In this document: positions 31,237-40,821 of the stretch, piece by piece
Layout: the number at the start of each line of letters is the position of its first letter
How positions within the stretch are numbered: position 1 is the first letter of the stretch
NCBI GenBank assembly: GCA_017450695.1
Contig: JAFSTA010000254.1
Location: 272-64,271 of the forward strand
Source of the DNA: Kiritimatiellia bacterium
GTDB lineage: Bacteria; Verrucomicrobiota; Kiritimatiellia; RFP12; UBA1067
DNA: 64,000 nucleotides
Direction of reading: 5' to 3'
Made by a program: the position numbers and the translations under genes
The notes under the pieces: generated by a model
Told to the model about the DNA's origin: nothing
The model's input: the letters and a program-made list of their open reading frames with translations, nothing else
Databases searched by the model: none

Positions 31237-34200
31237 TCACTCCACCAGTACCGCCACGCTGCCTTTGCCCTTCAAAACTGCGGTGCCGTAGCCAACGCCT
31301 CCGGTAACGGCACCGAAGACGTTGAACTTGTTCTTCGTCAGCTTACCGCCCTTCACGGCATAGACGGTGAACGAGCCCTTGAACAGGCCGGTTTTCGCAG
31401 TATAAGTCAATTTCAGTCCAGAGACGTTTGTGCCTGTCACCGTCACATTCCCGCCCTTGTACGCAACCTTCGCCGCCTTGCCCGCATCCCACTTCGCGCC
31501 GCTTACCGACAACGGAATGTCGAACGGCGTCTGCGCAATCGGCCCTGGCACGAAACCGGCAATCTTCACGCCATCCAGCTCGACCGTCCGCCTGCCGGCG
31601 GCGACGTTGCTCTTCGCGCCGAGGCCGAACACCTCCCACGCCATCGTGAAGGCGGGTTTCACCGTGTTCTTCCACGGCGTCAGTGCCGTCACGTCCAAAA
31701 GTTCGCGCGTGTTCTTGTCGAACCACGCGACGAATCCGAGCTTGCTCTTCTTCGAGTAGATTACCGGAACGCAGCAGAATTCCTCACCCACCGTCATCAC
31801 GCCAGCCGCGCTCACCTTCGTGCCATCCGCCAACACGCCGGAGATCTTCGCCTTGCCCTTCGCCGCCATTGTGATCGCCAGCGTCGAGTAGCCGCCCTGC
31901 GCGAAGGCGTCGGAATCTTCCGGGCCGAGCGCCAGCACATAGCTCTTCCCGCTGAACTTCGCCAGCACGGCGAGCGCGGCGGCGTTTTTCGTTTTCGCCG
32001 CGTCCGCACCGCCTTCCAGCGTACCGACTTTCGCAACCGTTCCGCCAGCCGCGTCCGCGCCCAACGTCAGTCCCGCAAGCGCGCCGCTTCCCTCGCCGGT
32101 GGCGAGATTGACGTTTCCGTTGACCTTCGTCTTCTTACCCGTGGCAAGCGAGACGAACGTCAGCGTGGCGGCAGCGAGATTCTTCCCCTTTGCCGGTTTC
32201 TTCACCGCCAGCACGAACGTCCCGGTTATTTGTTCCTCGGCATCCAGCACATACCCGTTGAATGTCCCGCCCTTATACGCCGACGGAAGATTCCCGTAGC
32301 CGGGTTCTTCCTGCAACGCGTAGTCGGGGACAGTCCCGTCCGCCCAAACGGCGAAGAGTGTCATCACCGCCCCTTGCGAGGCGGAGAGGTTCTTCACGCT
32401 CGTTCCGTCCTTGTAAGCCACTTTCCCTGTGGCACTCGTTGCCCATCCCTTGAACCTGAAACCCTCTTTTTCAAAGGCGTTCTTCGGCAAGTTCCGTGCA
32501 ACGTCATACACCATCAGGAGGTCTTCCATTGTCCCAGCCCCTCCGTTCGCGTGGAATATGATCGTGTACTGGTTGGCTGCCCACTGTGCCGTATAGGTGG
32601 TGTTTCTTTCCGGAACGGTCGCGGGAACGGCGGGAGACCATCCGGTGAACGCATATCCCGTGCGTGTCACCGTCGGCGCAGAGAGGGGCGTTCCCGAAGT
32701 CAGCGTGACAGACCTTCCGCCGCTTCCACCGTTCGCATTGAATGTCACGGTGACAATCGACTCCCAACCGACATTGCGAATCCATCCGCAGTCGGAACCG
32801 GAACGCCCACCATTGTCTTTCGCGTACACCCACTTCAGCACATGGTTGCCCGTTCCGGAAATATCGAACGATTTTGTCGTCCAGGCCGACGAGCCGCTGA
32901 TCCACGACCTTCTATTTCCGTCGATGAAGAACCGCAGTTCATCGCAGCCCGTTTCTGACGACACGCTCCAGTCGAACGAAATCCTACCGGAACCGGAAAC
33001 CGTCTTTTGGATCCACGTTTCACAGTTGTCGCCGATGGATCCGCTCTGCCACACGCCGTCACCCAGATACATCCAGTCGGCATCCCCGCCGAAATCGAAG
33101 GACGGGATTTCCCAGACGGCGAAGAACGTCATGTCGGACGTGACCGTGACGGAATCGCCTGGCTTGCAGACCACCGCGCCGTCGGCCTGTGTTGCCCAGC
33201 CGACGAAGATCTGTCCGGCGAATCGGAATTCATTGGCCGCGACGGTCAAGGAGCCGCCGCTCCGGCATGACTGGTATGCCATGCTTCCCCTTCCGCCGTT
33301 CGCGTTGTAGGCGATGGAATACACGATCGGTCGCCATCCGGACACCGCCGCCGAGAATTCGCCCTCCCCGTTTTCATTGATTGCCTTCACCCAATACCAG
33401 TAGGTTTCACCGACCTCTCCCTCCGTATCCCAATACTGGCATTTCTCCGTTGTGCCGATCTGCGTTGCGGTATCTGAATCGTTCTCTGTGTTGCGATAGA
33501 CGGCGTAGGACGTTGCGCCGGAGGATGCCGTCCAGCGGAGAACCGTGCCGTATTCGTATTCGCCCTGCGATGCCGTCAGGCCCGACACCGGGTCGGGAAC
33601 GGAAGACGGTACCCAAAGCAAGGAGTCCAATTTTCCGCAGTACCAAGAACCGGAGTCTCCGTACCAATAGGTGTACGTCCAGACCAGTTTCTCGCCCGCG
33701 TTTACCGTCACGCTGCAATTGGTTGATTCCGCCAGTACCGTATCGCCGTTCAGCGACAGACTCGACCCTCCGCGCGTCCACAGCGTAGGCTTGAAGTGGA
33801 ACGTTCCGGGCTTGCTGAACGTAGCTGTCAGGGTCGAAGTCACGGTGCCGGATGTCAACGCGTGATCCTTTCCGCCAAACAAGATGATGCCGTCGGATGT
33901 CTTCGAGATTGTCCACGGCAGAGACGCGTCGTTCTCCCACGTGATGCCGTCGATTCCGATCACCTCATCGAGCGACTGGTATGTGATGGTAAGCGGAATT
34001 CCCGAAACCGCGTTCGCTCCGTCCGGCCACACGACCGCCTTGAGCGTGGTGCCGGGCGCGGGAATCGTGACCTCCCCCGTGTAGCGGATTCCGTTTTCGC
34101 GCGTCGGCACTGATCCGTCTAGCGTGTAATAGATCGAAGCGCTTCCGTCGCCGCCGGAGAGCGTCAGGGAGAACGGGAACGACAGACCGACCGCGTCCGT

Positions 34201-36855
34201 CACGGAGACGACAGGCGCATCGGGGGGAGTCACGCCGAAGAACGACGCAAAACAGGCGATGAGGGATTCCGGCGTACCGAGGTAATACAACCCGTTGACC
34301 GTATGCAGGGAGTCATTGCGGGCGAGCATCGCATCGAGACAGGTACCCGTGTCCGACGCGGAGGCGAACACGAACGTCGGGGGGGATACGCATCCGTCCT
34401 GCTGGCTATACAAGTCGCTGGATCTGTACAACGACCAGAAACGGCTTCCCGAAGCCCCCTCCTGATCCCCCCAGGAGTCGGCCAGCAGATAGACCCCATT
34501 CGCGGCGGCCCATGTCGTGAAGGCATCGCTTGTCATGACCGGTTCCAGCGCCTTGCTCCAGCCGCATCCCGGATAGTCCCAATAGAGTTCCGCGATCAGG
34601 CGGCCGGATTCCGCGACCGCCTCGTATGCCCCCTCGCCCCACAGCGTCCATTCGCCCGCCTTGGGGACATGGCGTTCCACATACACGCCCTCCGCAACCG
34701 CGCTTTCTCCCTTTCCGGGAATAGACGCAACGGCTCTCACCCGCGTGGATTTCCGGACAAAGAAAGGCCCGTTGTACAGCAGGGCGTCTTCCTCGTTGGG
34801 GTCGCTACCATCCAGCGTGTAGTAGATTGATGCGCCCTCTTCCTCGGACGTGAGCGACACCAGCAGCTCGCCCTCGAACGTGCGGGCGGTGGAGGTCGTT
34901 GCCGTGGTCGCCGGTGAGAGCGACGGCATCCGGACAGAATGGAGACGCACCGCGTCCAGTCCGAAGAAGTTTTCTGAATACCCGTATGTGGTCGTCACGC
35001 GGAAAGCCACTTGGTGGTTACCGGCAGGGATTTCAGCCACCGCACCTTGCCATGCCCCGTACCACTGGGTTGCCGACCAAACCGCGTCGCCGTCACAGAG
35101 AACCTCCGCCTTGTAGTATCCTTCTTGGCGGTACTTGAACGTGAGGGTCAACGGTCCTGTTAAAGTTGTCGTGAGCTGGGCGACGGCGTCCGGGACATCC
35201 GGTGTCTCAAGCGCCACGCCGTCAACCGTGTTTGTCGTCTGCACCCGCCAGTCGCCACTCGCCGTCCAGACCAGCTCGGGCAGTCCGAGGGCGTACCCGT
35301 AGTCTGTCTTGGAATAATAGGTCGCCTCGTAAGGAAAGGAGCATTCCCCATCGACAAACGTCGAAGCCTTGACGGTCGTTTTTCCGGTAAGCGTAATCGG
35401 TCCCGTGTAGAGCGGCGAATCCGGCATCGGGTCGCTGCCGTCCAGCGTGTACCGCATCGCCGTCCCCGCCTTGCCCGGCGTGAGGGTCACCTGGAGCGAA
35501 CCGTCGATCAGTGTACCGGACTCCGGCTCGAAGGTGATCGCGTAGGACATCGGAACGGTCTGCGCCCGCCAGTTGACGGCATACGAAAACGTGTTGGCGA
35601 TCGTCTGCGCGTTGTCATGCATCGCGTCGCCGACCGCCACGCCCGCATAGGTGTAGTTCGGCGAGGAGAAGAACGGGACTTCCGTCGTCCGAGCCCCACT
35701 GGGATTTTCGCCCTCGTATGCCATGATCGTGCCGTACGCGTTGTCTCCTACGGTAAAAAAGTATCCTGCGGAATACTCGTAGAGCTGCGGTCCGGGCTGC
35801 GTTTTCTGCACGTCGCTATGCCCGGCTCCGAGATTGTGTCCGCACTCGTGCGCCATCGTGTTCCCCTGCTCGACCGCGCGGATGGCGCAGACGTTATACG
35901 CCGAGTTGCCGAAATTCGAAAGTCCCGTCTCGGACTGAAGCGACCAGCCGACACCGGTCGAGCCGTAGGCGGACCCCGTGTCGATGAGCGTCGTCACGAT
36001 GTCGGCACCGACCACCTCCCGGACAGTTTTCACATCCGCCCAGCCGTCTTCATTGTCGCCGATCGCATAGAGGGCATCATGCACGGATGTCGCCGAGACA
36101 TCAAGTGCGCACACGCCCACCAGCCGGAAACGGAACTTCTCATCCAGCCCCGTGTTGGCAAGCGCGGCGTTCATCTTCTGAACCGCGACCAGAGCGAAAT
36201 TGGTGAGGCCAGCGCCGCTGGAATTGGCGTATGCCACGGCATTCTGATCGTAGGCCACGAGGATGTCGATACAAGTGTCCTCTTGCTCCGCGACAGGCGA
36301 GGGACGCGGAGCGGATTGCAAACGGTCGGCGGACGGCATCTCGTCCTGGATAGGCGTCTCCAGCGCATCGCAGCCGCATTTGCCCGCGTGTGAAGGCTGG
36401 ATTTCCGAAACCTTCACACCGGCCGGAGAGGAAACCACCCTGTAAACCTTGTCATTGAGGAAGTCCTGCACGTCGATCGTCAGGCCGTCGGCGGTACGCA
36501 GGACGACCGCCGTCTGGATACCTTCGTAGCCCGCAACCTCCGCCAGGAAGACATCGCCGCCCAAAGGCGACAGCATTTTCTCTTTCAGGGTCAGCGAGAG
36601 CGTCACGTCGTCAAAGAGCGTGAACGCCAACACGTCGCCAAGCGCCACCGCGCCCACATCCGCCGCGCCCGCATCGAGGTTGAATGACCGCACCACGCCA
36701 TCCGCGACAGCTGCCGCCAGTTGGTCTCTCGCCGCCCGATTTCCCCCCGCCTTCGCCGGATTCGGACGCAGGTCGAGAGAGAACGATTTTCCCCAAACGG
36801 TAGCGGACACCAGACATTCCGCCAACACCATCATTCCGATCCATTTCTTCCACAT
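31237..36855 (-). CDS. Giant secreted multidomain zinc metalloprotease (reprolysin-like M12B metzincin) with chitobiase-C-like (YTLDGSDP) domains and Listeria-Bacteroides (Flg_new) repeats
   Basis: 1872 aa. Signal peptide. HECGHNLGAGHSD zinc site preceded by a reprolysin-like fold. IYYTLDGSDP occurs 3 times. NANGG...GW repeats occur 3 times. Confidence 0.8.
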   Translation of the reverse strand: MWKKWIGMMVLAECLVSATVWGKSFSLDLRPNPAKAGGNRAARDQLAAAVADGVVRSFNLDAGAADVGAVALGDVLAFTLFDDVTLSLTLKEKMLSPLGGDVFLAEVAGYEGIQTAVVLRTADGLTIDVQDFLNDKVYRVVSSPAGVKVSEIQPSHAGKCGCDALETPIQDEMPSADRLQSAPRPSPVAEQEDTCIDILVAYDQNAVAYANSSGAGLTNFALVAVQKMNAALANTGLDEKFRFRLVGVCALDVSATSVHDALYAIGDNEDGWADVKTVREVVGADIVTTLIDTGSAYGSTGVGWSLQSETGLSNFGNSAYNVCAIRAVEQGNTMAHECGHNLGAGHSDVQKTQPGPQLYEYSAGYFFTVGDNAYGTIMAYEGENPSGARTTEVPFFSSPNYTYAGVAVGDAMHDNAQTIANTFSYAVNWRAQTVPMSYAITFEPESGTLIDGSLQVTLTPGKAGTAMRYTLDGSDPMPDSPLYTGPITLTGKTTVKASTFVDGECSFPYEATYYSKTDYGYALGLPELVWTASGDWRVQTTNTVDGVALETPDVPDAVAQLTTTLTGPLTLTFKYRQEGYYKAEVLCDGDAVWSATQWYGAWQGAVAEIPAGNHQVAFRVTTTYGYSENFFGLDAVRLHSVRMPSLSPATTATTSTARTFEGELLVSLTSEEEGASIYYTLDGSDPNEEDALLYNGPFFVRKSTRVRAVASIPGKGESAVAEGVYVERHVPKAGEWTLWGEGAYEAVAESGRLIAELYWDYPGCGWSKALEPVMTSDAFTTWAAANGVYLLADSWGDQEGASGSRFWSLYRSSDLYSQQDGCVSPPTFVFASASDTGTCLDAMLARNDSLHTVNGLYYLGTPESLIACFASFFGVTPPDAPVVSVTDAVGLSFPFSLTLSGGDGSASIYYTLDGSVPTRENGIRYTGEVTIPAPGTTLKAVVWPDGANAVSGIPLTITYQSLDEVIGIDGITWENDASLPWTISKTSDGIILFGGKDHALTSGTVTSTLTATFSKPGTFHFKPTLWTRGGSSLSLNGDTVLAESTNCSVTVNAGEKLVWTYTYWYGDSGSWYCGKLDSLLWVPSSVPDPVSGLTASQGEYEYGTVLRWTASSGATSYAVYRNTENDSDTATQIGTTEKCQYWDTEGEVGETYWYWVKAINENGEGEFSAAVSGWRPIVYSIAYNANGGRGSMAYQSCRSGGSLTVAANEFRFAGQIFVGWATQADGAVVCKPGDSVTVTSDMTFFAVWEIPSFDFGGDADWMYLGDGVWQSGSIGDNCETWIQKTVSGSGRISFDWSVSSETGCDELRFFIDGNRRSWISGSSAWTTKSFDISGTGNHVLKWVYAKDNGGRSGSDCGWIRNVGWESIVTVTFNANGGSGGRSVTLTSGTPLSAPTVTRTGYAFTGWSPAVPATVPERNTTYTAQWAANQYTIIFHANGGAGTMEDLLMVYDVARNLPKNAFEKEGFRFKGWATSATGKVAYKDGTSVKNLSASQGAVMTLFAVWADGTVPDYALQEEPGYGNLPSAYKGGTFNGYVLDAEEQITGTFVLAVKKPAKGKNLAAATLTFVSLATGKKTKVNGNVNLATGEGSGALAGLTLGADAAGGTVAKVGTLEGGADAAKTKNAAALAVLAKFSGKSYVLALGPEDSDAFAQGGYSTLAITMAAKGKAKISGVLADGTKVSAAGVMTVGEEFCCVPVIYSKKSKLGFVAWFDKNTRELLDVTALTPWKNTVKPAFTMAWEVFGLGAKSNVAAGRRTVELDGVKIAGFVPGPIAQTPFDIPLSVSGAKWDAGKAAKVAYKGGNVTVTGTNVSGLKLTYTAKTGLFKGSFTVYAVKGGKLTKNKFNVFGAVTGGVGYGTAVLKGKGSVAVLVE

Positions 36856-37039
36856 GGCATGTTCCCCTTCCTGTTCACAACACCAATTTCAAATGATTCC
36901 CTGCCGGACAAAGCGACAATAACAAATCAAAAGGGTACACGCAAGTGGAAACCGTGGCACTTTACGGAATAGACGGATCTGTGAATCATAAACCTTACCC
37001 ATAACTTAGCTTAGCTGTTAGCCCCCCGCTCGCGCGTTG

Positions 37040-37200
37040 CGTGAGTGATTCGATTCAGATAACTTCTCCGATTGTTCACAATTGGCACAATTGTCATCAT
37101 TGCCACAAATACAAATTGAAATGGCATTGTGATTTGTGACATTGTTGGCATTTGCGAGCATTTGAGAGTTGTGAACAATGAAGTTATAGACGAGCTGTTG
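37040..37200. promoter_or_regulatory. AT-rich segment with phased CATTG repeats (~9-10 bp period) and inverted palindromes ATTGTTCACAAT / TTGTGAACAAT, between the integrase 3' end and the metzincin gene start
   Basis: Local GC below 40% against a ~62% background. Motif recurs at 37079, 37088, 37097, 37125, 37139, 37150 and 37159. Confidence 0.5.
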
Positions 37201-37375
37201 GCTGTTGGCTTCCAGGGAAGCGTCCGTTCTTGTTCACGCGGACGCGACGGAGCGCGTTCCTCCCGTTTTCACGTACTTTGCGTACCTTGCATGAGAAAAA
37301 GTTATTCTCATTTCCATTCACGCGCAAGCGCGGGTGGGGAACTTGCCTGTAAGTTTAGAGCTGGAGAAAATTCCA

Positions 37376-38749
37376 TTACCTGCCCATACCCTCCCCCTTT
37401 TTATCCGAGAGCGGAGGGATGGCGCGAATGAGCCAGCGGCGTTTGACGGTGATGCAGGAGTGGCTGTAGAGGTCGTGCATCGTTTGCGGCGCGTGTCCGG
37501 TGATGCTGTCCGTGATACCGGAGGGACATCCCGCCTCGTCCATGCGCGTGATGAAAGAAGCGCGGAAAGAGTGCATGGAAGCGCGTCCTCGGTGATCGTC
37601 GCGGACACCTGCGGCAATCATAACCCGCTTGACAACGGAGGTGATGCGCGTCGGATGGTAGGTGTAGGTTTCGTGCAGGCAGGGGAAGAGCCAGCCTGTC
37701 GGTGGCTTGGGGTAACGGACCATACGGTTGACGAGGAGGGTCACGATTTCAGGCAGATAGGGTATTTCCAACGGCCACGGTTTCGTCCCTTTCGTCTTGG
37801 GTGGAATGTGGAGAAAGAAGTCGGCGTTCAGTTTTGTGCTGAAGTCTTCCCAGCGGAGGTTGGCGAGCGACCCGACGCGCATTCCGTAGTTCCAAGCGAA
37901 ATAGAGCGCGTCATGTAAGTCATCGTAGAGTTGCGCGTCGATCACCTTCCTGCGGTCGGCGTCCCCGGGGCGGCAGCGGATGATCCGTCCCCGATCGGGA
38001 GAGCGTCGCTGATCGCGTTCCCTCCGTAACTGACGGTGGAACGCACGCGCCTCGTCTAGTGAGAGCCGCCGGTACCGGAACACCCCCGTTCGCTCTTTCG
38101 GCTGGAGACGCAAGCCTGTATTCCAAGGATTCGGCGCATCGGGCCAGATCGTCTGCCAGATCCGTTTCAGCGTATTGAGTTCCGTTCGCGCCGAAATCTT
38201 ACTGGCGAAGAGGTGACGCGTGTACTCTTCGGCGAGTGGACGGGTGATCTCGTCGGCGTATTCGACAACCGTCCAGTTCTGGAAGTTACGCAAGATCTGA
38301 CGGTAACATCCGAGGCTTGACGAAGCCACTTGGTATTTCTGCGTAAAGAGAAACCAGATGTCGGAGAGTGCGACGCGCGGAAAGGGCGTGAGTTGCGGTT
38401 CCGGAGCGGAGGATGACGGGACGGGGGACTGGGCGGCAACTGCGACCGTACCGGGTTCGCGAGGGGAGGCAGGGAGGGTCCGCGACTTGATCACGCGCAG
38501 AAGAATCGAGATCGCCTCCGCAAGATTGGGAACGGAAAGGGTCGGCAGAGAAGTGGTTAACACCAAAGCGCGTCTGCTCGCCTCTTCCGCATCACGAGTC
38601 CGGAGACTGACCGACACATGACCACCCGGTGTACTTGGCAACGGGAATCGATAATAAAAAGTTCCATCTTTGGGGGAAGTCGCAGGGCAGTATTTGCCGT
38701 TGACACGCTTGTACAAAAAACCGCAGGGGGGAGTCAGAATGGTCTCCAT
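37376..38749 (-). CDS. Site-specific tyrosine recombinase (phage-type integrase)
   Basis: C-terminal catalytic box HSFRASFITRM...ITGH...MHDLYSH (R..H..R..Y). About 457 aa. True start at METILTPP; the ORF-track N-terminus reads through a terminator hairpin. Confidence 0.85.
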   Translation of the reverse strand: METILTPPCGFLYKRVNGKYCPATSPKDGTFYYRFPLPSTPGGHVSVSLRTRDAEEASRRALVLTTSLPTLSVPNLAEAISILLRVIKSRTLPASPREPGTVAVAAQSPVPSSSAPEPQLTPFPRVALSDIWFLFTQKYQVASSSLGCYRQILRNFQNWTVVEYADEITRPLAEEYTRHLFASKISARTELNTLKRIWQTIWPDAPNPWNTGLRLQPKERTGVFRYRRLSLDEARAFHRQLRRERDQRRSPDRGRIIRCRPGDADRRKVIDAQLYDDLHDALYFAWNYGMRVGSLANLRWEDFSTKLNADFFLHIPPKTKGTKPWPLEIPYLPEIVTLLVNRMVRYPKPPTGWLFPCLHETYTYHPTRITSVVKRVMIAAGVRDDHRGRASMHSFRASFITRMDEAGCPSGITDSITGHAPQTMHDLYSHSCITVKRRWLIRAIPPLSDKKGEGMGR

Positions 38750-38780
38750 AAAAAAATCCTCTCTTTCACAAGAGAGGATT
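38750..38780 (-). terminator. Rho-independent terminator downstream of the ftsB-like gene
   Basis: Minus-strand AAUCCUCUC-UUGUGAAA-GAGAGGAUU followed by UUUUUUU, immediately upstream of the integrase ATG. Confidence 0.8.
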
Positions 38781-38838
38781 CCCAAAAGAAAGGTCCCGGA
38801 CCGCCTTAGCTTACCCGGCTACACACTAGACACCGTAC

Positions 38839-39216
38839 TTACTGTCCAGAGTTAAATACAAAGACCAGTTCGCCTGGTTGCGCCTGTCTCGCTTCGCGCG
38901 CCAAAAACTCTACAAAGCTGGGATCATTCTTAAAACGCTGCTGCTTGGTCTTGAGCGCCTGGATTTCGTTTTCCAAGTCCCGAATCTCTTGGTCCTGCTC
39001 GGCACGCTGGTTTTCCAAACCGTGCAACTGCTTGACAATCGGATTGCAGAACATGATCCCGCCTCCAATCACGGCAATCATCAGCACAACGAATGACACC
39101 TTCTTGAAAACGGACGAAATCTGACTCTTCTCGCTCACAAGCAACCCCCTTAGCGCGAAACCTACAATCACATAAAACAATGAAAAAAGTTTATACCATC
39201 TTTGTTCGGAAGTCAA
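38839..39216 (-). CDS. FtsB/DivIC-family septum formation initiator-like protein
   Basis: TM segment (VLMIAVIGGGIMF), coiled coil (LENEIQALKTKQ) and C-terminal DPSFVEFLAREARQAQPGELVFVF motif. An alternative start at 39081 would give 81 aa. Confidence 0.6.
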   Translation of the reverse strand: MTSEQRWYKLFSLFYVIVGFALRGLLVSEKSQISSVFKKVSFVVLMIAVIGGGIMFCNPIVKQLHGLENQRAEQDQEIRDLENEIQALKTKQQRFKNDPSFVEFLAREARQAQPGELVFVFNSGQ

Positions 39217-39352
39217 TCAAAAGATTCAAAAAAGTTATTCGCTCAGTTCACAGGAATGGGGAAACAGGGACAGAAGCCACAAGTCACGTGTTGCAAGACC
39301 GCCGTTTCATTTTCTCACGCAGAGCCGCGAAGCCGCAGAGAACGGGATGGGG

Positions 39353-39397
39353 GCGCTTGCCAGTCCTCCGTAGCCGTGCGTAGGATGGATCGCGACC
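39353..39397 (+). repeat. Repeat module B, copy 2
   Basis: Matches 18-63. Confidence 0.8.
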
Positions 39398-39547
39398 TCT
39401 GTAGTAGAACGCGCGGCTTGCGCATTTCGTTCGGAGCAGCGCACAAACGGGCTAGCAGCCCGCTCTACCAAGCGACGCGCCACGACCGCGTGTCACGTCC
39501 CCGAATGTCCTGCTCAGAACTACCGTGTTACAAATGACGACAATGCC

Positions 39548-39648
39548 GCAAACCAACGTTCCTTTCGGTACCGGGAGTTTGGGAGACTTGGAGAAGAGAG
39601 TCCCCTATCTCTGAAACTCCGAGACTCCCCGTAGCGAAAGCAATTTCC
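39548..39648 (-). repeat. Repeat family A, copy 3 (inverted orientation)
   Basis: Its reverse complement aligns with 77-168 and 54176-54265. Confidence 0.85.
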
Positions 39649-40065
39649 GCCTTGCCTAAGCGATCGCCGAGGACGGCGCCCCTCCGTAGGATTGCCTTAC
39701 GCAGAGAACGGGAGGGTCGCGCCCCGTCGCGACGATAATACGGAACACGACTTGCTTACGCGGACGCGACGGGGCGCGTCTCCCACCGCAGGATTGCCTC
39801 GGACAGAGAACGTGTGGTGACAACCGACGACCGTTTGCGCAGAGGGGGTTTGCAAGGACGACAACTGGGACAACGGATGGACAACTTGCGGGCGGTCGTC
39901 GCGCAACCGCATGACGATTCCCATCCGGCTCGCGGTTGCGAGCCGTACCGATTCAAGTTGTTCTCGATGTTGTCCCTGTTGTTTCCCAATCCCCTGCGTA
40001 TGGAAAAGCCCTTGTTCCTTTGTGTTCTTTGTGCTTAAGCCAAATCCCAACAAAGGAATTGATCC

Positions 40066-40797
40066 CTACGGTTCCCAGTTCTCCTGAATACGCTGCGGTT
40101 GCCAGCGCGGGCGAGTGCCGAAGAGGACGGTTCCGAGACGAAGCCAAGTGGCTCCCTCCTCGACAGCCTGAACAAAGTCGTGACTCATGCCCATGGAGAG
40201 CCGAGGCAGACCGATCCCGAATGACTCCTGCCAACGGTCGCGCAGTTCGCGAAGACGAGCGAAAACAGGGCGCGCGAGTTCCGGGTCGGGAGCAAACGGG
40301 GCCATCGTCATCAATCCGGTCAGGGTTAACGAGCGACAGGAGAGAGCCGCTTCCAGAACGGCGGGAGCGGCATCGGGACGCACGCCGGATTTACTGGACT
40401 CGCCGGAGACATTGACCTCCAGCAGAACCTCGGGACGCGCTCCGCACTCGTCCGCGATACGTTCGATGCGCTGCAACAACTCGACACTATCAACGGAGTG
40501 AATGGTAGAAAACAGTTCCAGGGCGGGACGCACCTTGTTTTTTTGCAAATGACCGATCAAATGCCATTCGGCGCCGGGGACACATTCAGGGATCTTCGCG
40601 GCAGCTTCCTGCACCTTGTTCTCCCCGAATTTCGTCAACCCCGCATCCCATGCCTCCCGAACGACATCTGGGCCATGCGTTTTAGTCACGCCCAAAATCT
40701 CGACCTCAGCGGGATTGCGTCCTGCGCGGCGACAGGCCTCCTCCACTTTCGACTGCACCTCGGCGAGGATCTCGACAACGGGTCGCTCGTTCGTCAT
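40066..40797 (-). CDS. yggS: YggS-family pyridoxal-phosphate homeostasis protein
   Basis: Alanine racemase N-terminal-like TIM barrel, GVTKTHG...GHLQ.NK. Confidence 0.85.
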   Translation of the reverse strand: MTNERPVVEILAEVQSKVEEACRRAGRNPAEVEILGVTKTHGPDVVREAWDAGLTKFGENKVQEAAAKIPECVPGAEWHLIGHLQKNKVRPALELFSTIHSVDSVELLQRIERIADECGARPEVLLEVNVSGESSKSGVRPDAAPAVLEAALSCRSLTLTGLMTMAPFAPDPELARPVFARLRELRDRWQESFGIGLPRLSMGMSHDFVQAVEEGATWLRLGTVLFGTRPRWQPQRIQENWEP

Positions 40798-40821
40798 GGC
40801 GGCACCTCAGTATCCGCGCCC

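Noticed and set aside
36856-38850. tRNA gene next to the integrase as att site
   Set aside because: Scanned both flanks for T-loop (GTTCRANYC) and acceptor or CCA features. None found.
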